In this document: positions 25,666 through 39,759 of the stretch, piece by piece
Numbering within the stretch: the stretch's first letter is position 1
Layout of the letters: each line of letters starts with the position of its first letter
Assembly: GCA_964016885.1 (NCBI GenBank)
Contig: OZ024745.1
Span: 104,036,001 to 104,100,000 of the forward strand
Reading direction: 5' to 3'
DNA: 64,000 nt
Origin: Eledone cirrhosa
Taxonomy: Eukaryota
Program-made: the position numbers and the translations under genes
The notes under the pieces: generated by a model
The model's input: the letters and a program-made list of their open reading frames with translations, nothing else
Told to the model about the DNA's origin: nothing
Database searches by the model: none

Positions 25666-28600
25666 TTTCTCAGTTTGCAACATTTATATCCAACTTTGTA
25701 CTATCTTTCAGGGCATTGCACATTTTACATCATTGGTATAAAAATAGCACATTATCAGCAGTCAAATCCTTTTAATGAGACCAGCATTTAGGAGTACGCT
25801 AACTGCAAAGAGAACCATAAACCATGCCACACCCTCTTAAACAAAAAAGAATATGTACAGAAATATTTTAAAGAATTCTTAAAATATTAATTTCTCCTCT
25901 CTTTTGAAATTTTAAATTATCATATGAGTCTGAATCTAGTAAAGAATAAAATAAGATACATAAACAGTTTTTTAAGAATAAAATTGTAATTGTATTTGTG
26001 AGAATCAGAGATTTCATGAAAACAAATGTTTAAAGTATTTTTAATGTAAGTTTCAGCTCTGACAGTAAGTGAATTTAAATAAAAATAATCTCTAAACCCA
26101 AAGCCCATCATTGAGATAGCTTAGTCACTTGCTAAAAATGTTTTCAGGTCAAATAAAGATAAAGGCCTTACCTAGAGGTACACTGCAATATTCCTGACTA
26201 TATATAAGTTAATTTATCATGTAACAATATAATTTTATAATTTCCCCTGTTGAAGCAAAATAAAATACAACTGAGTCCTGGATTATCTTATATTATGTGA
26301 GATAAATATATAAGATAAAGCCTTTACCGCAAAAATACCATAGTATATATCGAGTAATGTAAATGCTAAAGGCTTAAACTTGGCAGAGATCATCCCTCTC
26401 CGGGTCTGAACATAGCTGACGTTTTTTCAAGAAGTGAGAAAGAGATGTAGAAGAAAAATTGACCCCAGTATTGAACTGGTATTTTATTGACCTTTCAAGA
26501 ATGAAGGGCTAAGTTAATCTTAGTGTGATTTGAACTGAAAATGCAGAGAACCAGAACTAATACTGCTAAGCATTCTATCCAATGTTCTAATAACTGAGCC
26601 AATTTACTGCCTAACACAATATAAAGTCTTGTCATAACATCTGAAGAGAGTATATTTAATGTACAGCATATAGTATGTGTAACAATATGAAGGACAGATA
26701 ATGGCGATGGTGTGTGTGGGTGGGGTGGGGGTGGAGAGCAGGAATAATTTGGTATGCTGTAAATAACAAATACAATGTTTCAAATGCATACTTGCTACAA
26801 CATACTCCTTGAAGAGGGGAAAAAATGAGACAATTTAATGTATAACCAAATATAAGTATGGAATTACAAACGTACACCTGAATAACAATTTCCTTTTTCA
26901 TCAGTCAGCAGCAAATATGAGACAGTAAGCAACAAATTAGGATGTATGTACCTGTGTGAAATTTCTCATTCAGAGAGAGAGAGAGATCTGGGGGAGAGCG
27001 AGTATGTGTGTATTTGTGTAAGTAGGTGTCCATCTTTCCCTATATCCATCAAGAGCATTTACATGAAATGAGCAATGTAAAAGTGGGACATGTTCCAATG
27101 GCTTTGGGAACTTCTCCTATGCGCACTTCATACACCTTTCTTGGTAGATCAAAGAGACAGGGTTCTACTACATGATTTGCCATAATATCAGTATAAAGAA
27201 TATCATACAAACACACATTTATTTTTTTCCTATATAAATTTAGATATGTCAAGTGTACAACAACCTCTCTAGTGTTGGTGATAGGAAGGACATCTAGCTA
27301 TAGAAAACCTGCCAAACAAAGAATTGAGAGACCTCTTCCGCTGTGTCAAAGATATGACAACCTCCATAGTGCTGGTGCCATAATAAAATGCACTCAACAG
27401 AATGTGTGGAATGTGAGTAAATGAGATGCAGGTGCCTAGCCTGCCTGAGAGGTCAGAACCACCACTTAAATACTAACTTGGTCTGTGATGATCTATTCAA
27501 CCCCCGTTAGCAGAGAAAGTGGATGTTAAATGAAGATGATTTTTCAATTTGACACAGATATAAAACATCAGATTAATAAAGGAATAGAAATGGCATGTAG
27601 TGATGTTTATGTCTTTTCCAACGATATTACAGAGCAACAAAACAAAACAACAAAAAAAAAGAAGCATTTCTCTTAACAATCTCATGCACCCTGCCTGATG
27701 ACTTTAAATTTCATAATTCCTCTATATCAACACAGCTGAACTATCTGCACCAGTTACTATCCTTAACTACCTGTATCAATTTTTCAAACCATCTCTTTCT
27801 CACTGCCAAATGCTGACTTTTCCTAACCATGACTATTACTGCATCTAATGGATTTCCTAACTGCTACCTAATCTGGCTAAGATTAAACAACAACAATGAC
27901 TAAATTAACTGAAAGGAACTATTAACCAAGAAGATGATGTCTCTGGAAAGATATGGGAAGTGGCAATGCTGATCCTTGTTTTTATACACTTAACGTTATC
28001 AAGCTTGGATTTTCCACTACAATGTGTGTGTGTGCATTTTGGTGTATATGTGTATGTACCTACATAATAAATTATGATGTACTACTGTAGTAAATGACAA
28101 AGTAAAAGCTACTAACTGTAAAGGCTGTATAGTAAATATGCAGTTATTGATGGAGTTTATTTTTATAATTAATACTGTCATTTCTATAGCCATCAATCAC
28201 TTTGTTTAATCCATCATTTGGAAGAGAGACAACAAGGATTAACTTAACATATAAGGTACAATAAAATGTTGTAATATCTACAATACAAGGTTAGAGTGTC
28301 ATCATAAATCAAATGTACACAACTATTGTCCACTGGAACTATTGTCTACTGCCAAGATTTTTCCAATGATTACCAAAGCCAAAGATTGTGGATTGACAAA
28401 AATAAAAAAAATAAAAAACAAACAAATATGACTATACAATAATAAGAATTTGAAAACTAGTCGTTTATCATCATCATCCCTTAATGTCCCCTTTCCATGC
28501 TGGCACAAGTTGGACAGGTCATGGTCCTACACCTAAACAATCTTGTTCATTATGTTCTATATTTGGGATGGTTTCTTCAGCAGGATGCCCTTCCTAACGC

Positions 28601-28779
28601 CAACCAATTTACAGTGTGCTGGGTGCATTTTTGTGACACCAGTGCTACCACTTTACAGGGTGTATTGGGTGCACACATACACACACACACATATCATTAT
28701 TGTCATTTTTATGTTTAGCATGGGCTAAACCGGACTTTTTGCAACCAACTTTTTTAGTTGCCTCTCACAATACACAAAC

Positions 28780-28830
<51 letters not shown>

Positions 28831-28972
28831 GTATATATGCCAGGTGGTGTTATTAAGTTTGACATGACCTGGGCAAGCACTGGCTGAAAGTTATCAAAGT
28901 TATATACATACTCACACACACATATATATATATACATACTCACACACACACACACATTATATATATATATAT

Positions 28973-29295
28973 GGAGGCACATGGCTTAGTGGTTAGAGCA
29001 TTAGCCTTGCAATCGAAAGGTTGTGAGTTCAATTCTCAGACCGGGTGATGTGTTGTTTCTTTGAGCAAGACACTTTATTTCACATTGCTCCAGTTTACTC
29101 AGCTGTAGAAATGAGATGATAGGGACTGGGGTCCATATCATTTTACTGCAAAAAGGTGCCACGGCAAAAAACCACCCAGCACTCACTGTAAATGAGGTTG
29201 GTGTTAGGAAGGGCATCCAGCTGTAGAAATCAAGCCAGCATCAGTTTCCGTCCCACCCTTGCAAGCAGGGAAAAAGCGGACGTAAAAATGAAATG

Positions 29296-29296
<1 letters not shown>
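28973..29296 (+). mobile_element. CORE-like SINE in (TA)n
   Basis: Same family as 459-805, flanked by TA runs. Confidence 0.85.
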
Positions 29297-29338
<42 letters not shown>

Positions 29339-32300
29339 TACATAGATATATACAGAAAAATATCAACAAATTTAAAGTGAGTTTAAATCAATTACATGCT
29401 ATTAAAACTATTACAATGAATAAATACACATATAACCTTCACAAAGGAAAGTTATTTACAATTGTTGACTGGTATGTAAATAGATATTTATTGGTAAATA
29501 ATATTTCTATGCCATGACAGATTTTTTATTATGGTTCTTAACAACTAGGCTTATAATTATACAAGTTTTTATGAAGTTTTCTAACATTCAAATGTTATTT
29601 GTAGTAAATTATGTGTATGTATAAATGATCATCATCATTTAACGTCCACTTTCTCTGCTAGAAAGGATTGTATGAGTCAACAGACCAGGCTGGGAGTCAA
29701 GCAGAAATACTGAGCTTTCAGATGGCCTGTGGATTTACATCTCACTTACATGATCAAGAGACTATAATTGGATTTCATTAGTTGCCTATCATTTCTGAGT
29801 TCAAACTATGCCAGGGTCAGTAAAACAAGTACCTGGTATTATATTTGTCTGATTTAATTGACTCACATATACATATTGGCTTAATATCTAATCAATATAT
29901 AATCGTCATCGCCGTGTAACGTCTGAGGTTAAACTGGCCAGGTAACTACATCCATGTTTTGGTTGAATGCCCTTCCTAATGCCAACCACTTTACAGCATG
30001 TTCTGTGAGCATTTTATTGTAACTCCAGCTTTACCACCTTACAGGGAGGAATGAGAGCTTTTCATTAAAGTACCAGCATTACCACCTTACAGAGTGAACT
30101 GTGTGCTTTTCATTGTGGTATCAGTACTACCATTTTATAAAGTGGGTTGCATATGTTTTATTGTGGAACCAACACTGTATCATCATCCTCATCATTCATA
30201 ATATATTTTTCATGACTTTGATAACCTTATTCCACATGTCAACAAGCTTATAAATGCCTCATCTATTAAATTGCTTAGGTTTTGATTTCAAATCTGTGAA
30301 TTCTGTTGGAGTTAGTCTTAGGCTCTTAAAATGATTTTGTAAATCAAATGATAATTAAAAGGAAAATGTTTGAGAGAATATGGTAGGTGGAGCATTTTTA
30401 CCAGTTGAGACCCTTTAAGAGGTTCTTGGCTACTCATGCAGCATGAGGTCAGACAATATTATGATTGAGAATGACTCCTTTTCTGTTCACTAAGAATGGG
30501 CATTTGTTTTTTAATAAACCTCAGCTGTGATTGATTTTTTTAATAGTTCAAATGAACTAATCCTATCATATCCCATCACACACTTAACAGGATGTTCATT
30601 AGATTCAGGCCCCTTCTCAGCTGTCTATCACCACAACTAAGCCACTGATGATAGTATTTAACATTGTGATAATAGATTCATTTCTCATCTTCAGTAACAA
30701 CTCTGTCCAAAAAAAGGTACTCAGAGTTGTCATGTATGCATTGCCTCACAGTAATTCTCTAGATAGGTTGTGTGTGATTAATTTACCAACCTTTAAAACT
30801 GTTTCAATTCACATAGGACAGTTGCATGGCTAACATCAAAATACCCACCGAGTTATAGAAATAGAAAAAAATCCCACCTCTTACATGTTCTTTCCTATAC
30901 TGAAACAACACTGTAAGTGCTCTGGAGGGATTTTACTGTTGCATTTGCATTGAGCATGACATGTCAAATATATTCATTGTCTGGTTAAAAGGTGGGGTTA
31001 AATTGAAAGAATTTTCATAAATAATGTTCTGTTAATCGAAAAGGAGGAAGGGCATATTACCAGATATCAGATAGAAATAGAACTTTAAAAAATCTTGTTC
31101 AACATTTCTGGCTCAGAATTTGGTCAGAACTTATGTTCTAGCCTGATATATCCTCATCTTTATCATCACTTTACATTTACTTTCCCATGTTTGAATGAGT
31201 TGGACAGGTACTTTCAAGCATAGCCTTTCTCTGCTCGTTGCATTCCTTTGTCATTTTCTCTATGAAGTTCAGAATTTTGAGATTGACACTAACCACCTCT
31301 GCCCAGATTTTTCTCTACTGCATCTCTTGGTACTTCTTCACTCACTAATCATCAACCATATGCACCACATGTCCATACCAGTGGAGTCTTCTCTCTTGCA
31401 CACTACATCTTACTCCTCTTAAATCCAGTTTCTTTCACTCAGTTCATCCACATACATGCCCTTGATAAAACAGACATGATTATATATATATCTATATATC
31501 ATCATTTAACATCCACTTTCCCTTCTAGCAAGGGCTAGATGGGGAAGCGGGGGTCTACATAGACCAAGTCAGTACTGAAGTGGAGTTACTGACCTCACAG
31601 ACAGGCTAAGGGGTCTGTATTCCACTTATGTACAGTCATATCAAGTGCAGAGGACAGGTTGTCACAAATTGACGGGTCCGCCTAATGTCTTGTCTGGCAA
31701 GCTTTCTACAGCTGGATGGGTGCTTTTATTGTGTAGATCACCAGCACTAGGGAGGGTGACATGTCCTTGACACAACTAAGGGGTCCTCCCAACCATTTGG
31801 CAAGCTTTTCATGGCTGAAGGCCCTTCTTATCACCAACCACTTTACAGCATGTACTGGGTGCATTTATCAAGTAGATCACCAATACTAGAGAGGTTGTTG
31901 TGTCTTTGATTCAACTAAAGGGTCCGCTCAAACCTTTTAGGCATCGTTTCTACAGCATGAAGACCTTCCTGTTGCCAACCACCCTTACGGATATCTATAT
32001 ATCATCAGCACTTTACGTTTGCTTACTATGCTAGCATCGGTTGACCAGGTTGTCAATGTCCAAGACAAAACAAGTCAGAGAATATCTTGCTCATACGTTC
32101 TATATGCTCATTGGTTCTGCAGTTTGATGCCAACCAGTGTGTACTAGATGCATTTAATCAGGGCACCAGCATTAGAGAGGTTAGGTCCCATGGGTTGTCA
32201 GTTATGAAGGGTTTCACAAATATAATCAAAATTGGAAATATCTTCATTATAAAATATTTTTCATTCTTTCAATACAATTGTATATACTTAGGGGTGATGA

Positions 32301-32838
32301 ATATTTTTGAAGCAATCCAACACACCAGCCAACTTTATCAAGTATGACATTTTCTTCAAACCAGGTTAATGTTGTGTTACCAATGCCCTAAATCTAATGA
32401 GTGCCAAAATAAAATGACGGAAGTAAAGACTGAATCTATTTGCAATTTTGATTATACTTCAATATCCAAGGTTTTTCAAGAGAAAAAGTATGATATTTAT
32501 CTTAAATCTCAACTTGACATTTCCACAATGAAAAATATTTACAATTTAGATTATATACCTGATATCATCCTTCCATACTTAAGATTCATGATTGTGAATC
32601 AGCATGACCAGTGTTAGCCAGCTGTGCCACTAGATAGATAGGTATCATAATATTAATACAATTCTATCTTTAATGTAAGGAAACTGTTACACTAAGGAGA
32701 GTAATTCAGAGTAAATTATAGTCATGGCATTGGTGGCAGCATTGACATTGATGACGGTAATGGTAAATGGAGGGAGAGAAAGAATATATAGAGAGAATAG
32801 AAGATAGAGATAGATGTTTGTTGTTAGAGTAGCTAGTC

Positions 32839-32870
<32 letters not shown>

Positions 32871-33415
32871 CACTACTTCCAACATTATCATTTTTATGTT
32901 GTTTTTTTTTTATTATTTATAATGATATTGCATGGGTGTTAAGTAAAATTTAAAATATATGTAGTACATCACTGATTTCAAGTTTGATATGCCAGCATCT
33001 CATTGTTTAAAATTGCCTTTTCTTGTTCATAATCATCATTACTGTTTTATTTCTGCTTCTCCATGCTTGTATGCATTGGATGAGTCTTTTCCAGCACAGC
33101 ATCCCTCTACTCATTGTGGTTCTTTGTCATCTCTGTGAGCATCAGTGATTTGAGATCAGTTAACCACCTTTGGACTGGAAGAAGATACAGCTATAGTTTC
33201 TAGCAGGTCAATCGACTACATAGAGGGTTCATTGAGAGATAACTTAATAGAAATCATTAACTTATTATTTCTTCTATGAGCTAAAATATGAAATGATAAA
33301 TTGATTTCTGTCTTCTATATTATTTAAAGATAAAATAAAACAAATTATTCACACAAACTGTTGCTTTCCTTTCAGTTTTTGAAACTTCAGGCTTTACCTT
33401 TTTTTCAGTTTCACG

Positions 33416-34347
33416 CCATCATCATTTTTATGCCTGCCTTTCCATGCTTGCATAGGTTGGTGGAATCGTCTCCAGTACAGCTTTCCTCAACCGTTATCAT
33501 CTCCTCTGTGTGGTTCAGCATTCTGAGATCAATTCTCACCATTCCTGCCAAGGTTTTCTTCAGTCCTCATCTGCAGCTACCTTCTTCTTGAAATTCCTGG
33601 CACTTCTTCATCCTACTAACATCATCAATATGTATCATGTGTCCATACCAGTGTAATCTTCTCTTTTACACTTTTACACACTACATCTGATTCTTCTTTT
33701 GCCTAGTTTTTCCTTCAACTAGTATGTTTCATCATTCATTCACACTAACAAACCAATCCAGGGAAGAATACTAATCTCATTTCTTTGCATTCAATACCCA
33801 TGTCTAACTACAATACAACATTGCACTTTGTACACAGGCATCATATAATCTTCACTTGAGAAGAGAATCCCTGAACTTTTCCCACTATTCTTATTCTGGC
33901 TACTATGCTCCAACCACAGATCTCATCAGCATGCAACAAGTTGTAACGTTAAAGCTTCCAATTGTCCTCTATATCATACATATCATCTCCTCCTCCTTCT
34001 TGTGTCATGTAGAACCTTTCTTAACCTATATTTAACAGAGGGTTTCTTTAGTTTCCACATCTTCCTCACCAGATTGTCCTGTGCCTTTAATTCCATTTGG
34101 TTCTTATTTTAATATCGCTAATAATTAGTTTATGTTGGTTAGTACATTCTTCTCTGGGAAAAGACTTTGTATTCACAACCATCTCTCTATTTTGTTTGCC
34201 AATGAGTATGAAGTCAATCTGGCTTGCATGCTCACCTGATCTGGAGGTGATTAAGTAGTTGGTCAGTTTCCTGAAGTTTGTGTTGCAGATGGTTAAATCG
34301 TTTACATCACAGACCTGAAAGAGCCTTGATCCCTCTTCATTTCTCAA
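33416..34347 (-). mobile_element. Internally deleted RTE LINE (APE endonuclease remnant joined to 3' end)
   Basis: RNEEGSRL..CDVNDLTICNT.F...SQIDFIL...QHKL (APE domain), followed by RTE C-terminal remnants and the hairpin tail. Confidence 0.78.
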
Positions 34348-34887
34348 GTTAAATATTTTTAACAATAACAATGCTTCGACAGTACAAATTTTAAATAAAT
34401 GCAGATGTTATTGTTATAGCAAATGACAGAAATGTTTGTCCAAAGCTTGACTCCTGTAATTTACAAATGAAAATAATTTTATAATATAAAACAGCAAATT
34501 CCTAAACTAAACAAACAATATCGGAATATATTGTTTGCAAATAGTAATAATAATCTTTTCAAATCTTCAACCATGTTCATATGCATCGTTATACTATTTG
34601 TACTGAGATTCTTTGAACTTTGAAAATTCTTCAGGTGTATCATTTATCTGCTTCAATTTATTGAGACCAAATGACTTACTCAATACATTGTCTATGCATA
34701 ACAATTAACCAGAGACAAAATTCCTACTGTAGTTTATAATAGAGCAATAAAACACATGTAGTAATTTTATGAGTGAAGGCACAAGGCTTAGTTGCTAGGG
34801 TCTATGATTTATGATAATAATTTTGTGGGTTCAATTTCTGAAATGGGTAGTGCCCTGTGTTATTAAGCAAAACAATTTCATGTTACA

Positions 34888-35229
34888 CTAGTACACTCAC
34901 CTAAAGGTGAGTACTGACAGTAGCTGGGAATTAACCATGCAATGGACTCATGTTCTGTCCAGTGGAGAGTCTAGTACACTCACCTAAAGGTGAGTACTGA
35001 CAGTAGCTGGGAATTAACCATGCAATGGACTCATCTTCTGTCCAGTGGAGAGTCGAGTACACTCACCTAAAGGTGAGTACTGACAGTAGCTGGGAATTAA
35101 CCATGAAATGGACTCATGTTCTGTCCAGTGGAGAGTCTAGTACACTCACCTAAAGGTGAGTACTGACAGTAGCTGGGAATTAACCATGCAATGGACTCGT
35201 GTTCTGTCCAGTGGAGAGTCTAGTACACT
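34888..35229. repeat. 83-bp tandem repeat x4 within a SINE
   Basis: Units start at 34888, 34971, 35054 and 35137 and are bounded by CTAGTACACT. Confidence 0.95.
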
Positions 35230-37404
35230 TAGTCGCGTAATATCAATGAAATTGAGATAATCACTGACCGTTTTAAATATTCCTATCCCATCTTATGAAC
35301 ACCAATTGTCACAGCATATTATCGATCCACTAGCAATTTTATTATGTATAATGTAGGTGTCATGACAAAAAAGCACCCAGTCCATACTGTATAGTGGTCA
35401 TGTAGGTGTCACGACAAAAAGGACCCAGTCTACACTGTAAAGTGGTTGTGTAGGTGTCAAAACAATAAGCACCCAGCACACACTGTCAATGTGATTGGCG
35501 TTAGGAAGGGCATCTAGCTGTAGATAACAAGCCAAAATCAGTTCCCTGTATGCGAATCAAGGCCCTCTGACCTGATCTCTCACTAAGAGACTGCCTGTCC
35601 TACCCAAGCTAGCCCGGAAGATAGATGTTAAATGATGATGGTGATGATGAATGTTGAGCAGGTACTTCTTTAAGGAAACATTTCTTTGCGTCTCCTTAAA
35701 TTGCTAGTGGTATTCTCACCATGAGCTTCTTGCAAACTTTCTGTGGAAATAGGTGATTGCATCTATTTTCATCATGAGACATTCATCTACCTGCATTGAT
35801 TCCACCAATAACAATGAGGATGTTCTGAGCTCAAATACAACATACATCTTTCATGAACATATACACTAAGCTATAACTTTACTAGTCTTGTCCATTTAGT
35901 AATTACCACTGAATCAGTATCAGTGCCCTAAAAATAAATCAACCCAATTAACTGCTTGAATAAAAAAAGAGCTTTTTCTTAGTGAAACTGTTTTGCAACA
36001 TAAATCACGTTGCCACCCATAGCCATCCATACTTTGGGTATATTTTGTTAGCTTTTCGCTTGAGATATCTCACAAAACATTAATGAGACCCATTTTCGAC
36101 AAACCACACCAATGTGTGCAAAACATCGAATATCTCTTCACAAACCATACGGTGGGTGTATGCTTCCCCATTCAATATGGCGAACGGCATTTAAATAGGT
36201 TCGGTATTTATACAAATCTGTACTGTAGCCGGGCCATTATTTACAATTGCATAGAATCAGGGAGAAATATCCATGGAGAACGAACTTATGTACGGCCAGG
36301 TACCTCTAGTAGTAAACAGACTCAAGAATGACAACTAGTGGTTAGCAAAAAAATTTGAGAAGTAGTGGTTCTAGACAAACTGGAAACAACAAAAAATTGA
36401 AGACAATCTGATACAATCACGCCCTCCCATTTTCAACAACAAAACCTTCAAACATTTCCTATGACAGACAAGTTAATCGTAGCACAGCATCAATATAAAA
36501 TATCTTTCATCGATACCAAACAAACTGATATTAGATAAAGTTTGAGAAAGTGAAACTGGTACGTTATAATCAAAGTTCGTCTTATTTTAAACAAATCCTA
36601 AGAAAAGAATGTATCCAATTACATTCCTGACGACACGCTAAAATTCTGACAAGAAATTTAGTTTTTACCATTAGATATGTTAGCATAACTATTCCGTGTT
36701 ATTAGGAACATATTTTCCATTTTCAAAGATAATGGATGAAATAAATATACAAGGAGATATTTCGAGAATTTAATAATGAAATTCAAATCCAAATATATTA
36801 TAGAAAGTTCATCAGTATTTGATAATAAATATTATTTCTGTGGCTTAGTACAGTAAATTACATATACATTACAGTTTAAGAAGAAGAAAGTATCTCTTTA
36901 AAATGCGTAGATTCCATAACTGACATGTTATTGTCATCAAAGTTAAAGGCAGGCTAACCCATTTTTACGATGATCAAAATGAAGTAAATAAATAACTATA
37001 GACTATAATAACTTTAAATAGCTTGACTTTAATAATTTGTAGCGTATGAGTATCAATAATGAAATATTTTGTTTAATTTTAACTAATGATAATAAGAGTA
37101 AAATACAAGAATGCACAACTAAAACCATCTGTTAGTGCGTGACAGAATTAATCAAAGTAGGCAGATACAATTTAAAAAAAAATGATTATAAAGTCAGGTT
37201 CCATTTATAATAAGAGTTTTATAGTAAAATCAATCCCCCAATTTGTGGACAAATTCTTATGAGTCGCTGGCATTGTGATTCAATAAAGTAGCAATACAAA
37301 ACATGTCAGTAAAACATACTAGCTTATTTTGATACAGTTAACACACATAATAAGATCAATACAGGAGTAGGAAAAAAAGACCTGTAAAATTTAAGACAAT
37401 TTAC

Positions 37405-37462
37405 CTATTAACTGTCCGACAGGAGTACTCAAAGGATTTCCGTGTCCAAACAGAGCTGCCAT
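37405..37462 (-). CDS. TOM1L2: TOM1/TOM1L2-family VHS-domain protein, coding exon 1 (MAALFGHGNPLSTPVGQLI, phase 1)
   Basis: ATG in CAAAATGGC context. Peptide resembles the TOM1/TOM1L2 N-terminus (GNPFSTPVGQ). Ends at G|GTAAAT donor and joins exon 2 in frame. Confidence 0.9.
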
Positions 37463-37680
37463 TTTGATTTTTGACTTCCATACAATGACGTCACTAAATT
37501 TTGCTGATTTTTATTTTTAGCAATGTATATTTTCTTCACAATTTATTAAATAGAAATTATAATTTTTTAAAATAAAAACAATAAATTATACTTTCTGAAA
37601 ATATAATTTTTAAATAACTATTCCGAATGAAATATTAACCTGAATATGTACTACGGATGTGCCAGTAACCTTGACAACTG
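37463..37680. promoter_or_regulatory. Bidirectional promoter between TOM1L2 and DRC3, with CRE TGACGTCA (37486-37493) and RFX X-box-like GTAACCTTGACAAC (37665-37678)
   Basis: Motifs are seen directly. The region lies in a repeat-free island between divergent genes. The X-box fits DRC3 being a motile-cilia gene. Confidence 0.7.
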
Positions 37681-37775
37681 GTAGACGCGATGAAATGACC
37701 GAGAAATCTTCATAGCTCATCGAAATTTATACAGAAAAACTCGATTCTGAATTAAAATAGACCGCAGTACCAACA
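37680..37775 (+). other. DRC3: Putative non-coding first exon of DRC3
   Basis: Follows the X-box and ends in an ACA|GTAAGT donor. The ATG exon has an acceptor (tttcttag, 43672) only 5 nt before the ATG, so an upstream exon is expected. The TSS is approximate. Confidence 0.6.
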
Positions 37776-37959
37776 GTAAGTTTTATTAGTAAACACCTAC
37801 ACTAATATAAATATTTCGCTATCAAATATGGCTTGTCATATCAATGTTAAAACACGTGCCGTGTAAATAATAGCAAATTCTGTCGTGCTTTGTTGGTGAA
37901 AGCTAATTATGTGGGTAGAGCTTTGAGAAACAGTTTCAAAAGCAATTTTCTTTCAGATA

Positions 37960-38024
<65 letters not shown>

Positions 38025-38219
38025 GTGTGTGTGTGTGTGTAGGAAACGAGTCAGGACCCCGACGGCTGAACTCCTGCCGTTTCGACTGCTAGATCCTATT
38101 ACCCACTCTACTACCCTAAGTATCGAGTACTCTGGTGCATTATGGTCTACCTGGTTTCTTACCACACTTTCTTTGTTATATATATATATTTATATATAGT
38201 AATAATAATAAATCTGTTA

Positions 38220-38288
<69 letters not shown>

Positions 38289-39031
38289 AATCACTTGTTG
38301 ATAAAAGAGTCTAGGAATAGCAAATTGCTAACTGCTTAGTTTAAATGCAGAAGAAAACAGCATGACACTTAGCATTGTTCGTGGGTAGAATAATTAAAAT
38401 CGTTTAAAAAATGATTAAAAACACAAAAGAGGGAGAAAAAGGACTCCATAACATTACAACACAGTCAATCGCTTTTAACAGCTGGGACTGCTACATAGAC
38501 GGGGCACATTCAGACAAGGGAATGGGTTGTGGGGATACTTGGTCTTTCAAAAATAATTATAGAGATATGAAATTCATATCACATCGAGATTACACTATAT
38601 TTGATGCGAGAATGGTGGGGAATTACATTATCCATAGATTCAGCTAAAGAATTTCCCTGGAAAAATTGTTTACAATTTATTGATAGTCTATCGAACCTAG
38701 AACGGCATCAGTTAAGAAAAGGGGGCTGGGTTAGAGATATTGAGAATGCTCTGCTAAAAATAGATAACTACCTCTCAGAAAATAATAAAAAATAATAGTG
38801 ATTTGAAATTTTTTTGTTTTTTCTTTTATTACTTGTCTCACTAGCTCTTTTTAATTACCAACTGTAAAGAGTACTCGATAATTCCCCGAATGTGTCACGG
38901 CTTACTAGCTCTATACGGACGTTTAAATTAATTAATTAAATAAATATATATATATATAACTGCGATGAATTAGTTTTGCGAGGTTTTTTATATTCTGGCA
39001 ATATTACACAAATATGACCCTCCCCAAGTAT

Positions 39032-39104
<73 letters not shown>

Positions 39105-39243
39105 CGCGTGTGTGTATAAAATATATAAAAATGGTGGACGAAGACACCAGAGAAACGGACAGAAGACAGAACTGTCTCCTCGCACCAGTCGACTGCTGGA
39201 GATACGTTGTTTCACTACACACACACACACACATATATATATA

Positions 39244-39333
39244 TACAGTGTCCCCCACCCTCTCAGCCCCAAATGCATACACACTTATTAGAATACTGTA
39301 GAAGTATGTATACATTTTTGGGGACACCCTGTA
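39244..39333. mobile_element. Tc1/mariner-type TA-MITE (second copy at 59418-59521)
   Basis: TIR like CAGGGTGTCCCCAAAAATGTATACATACTT with TA flanks at both loci. Confidence 0.7.
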
Positions 39334-39620
39334 TATATATATATATATATATATATATGCAGAGGTTATATTTAATTTGTTGGGATTCAACAAGCTTAAA
39401 CATTTTTATAACTGATATAAAGCACTCAACAAGTTGACTATCCAGCGAATTTCAACCGTTGAGGTTGTCTTTTTTTCCGGGTATGTCAATATTTATTTAT
39501 AAAACAAATCTGTATTTTATCTGATGAAAGCGCACCATAATTTACCTTGGTCGCCCTTGAAATATATAAAATAAAATAAATATGGTTTTATAAATATAGT
39601 TTCCATTTATTAATATATTG

Positions 39621-39717
<97 letters not shown>

Positions 39718-39759
39718 GTTCACCCGTGCCGTCAATAATGACGGCAATACCGTTTAATG

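Noticed and set aside
25465-25683. ORF with QSQHNN repeats
   Set aside because: Product of the 39-bp minisatellite.
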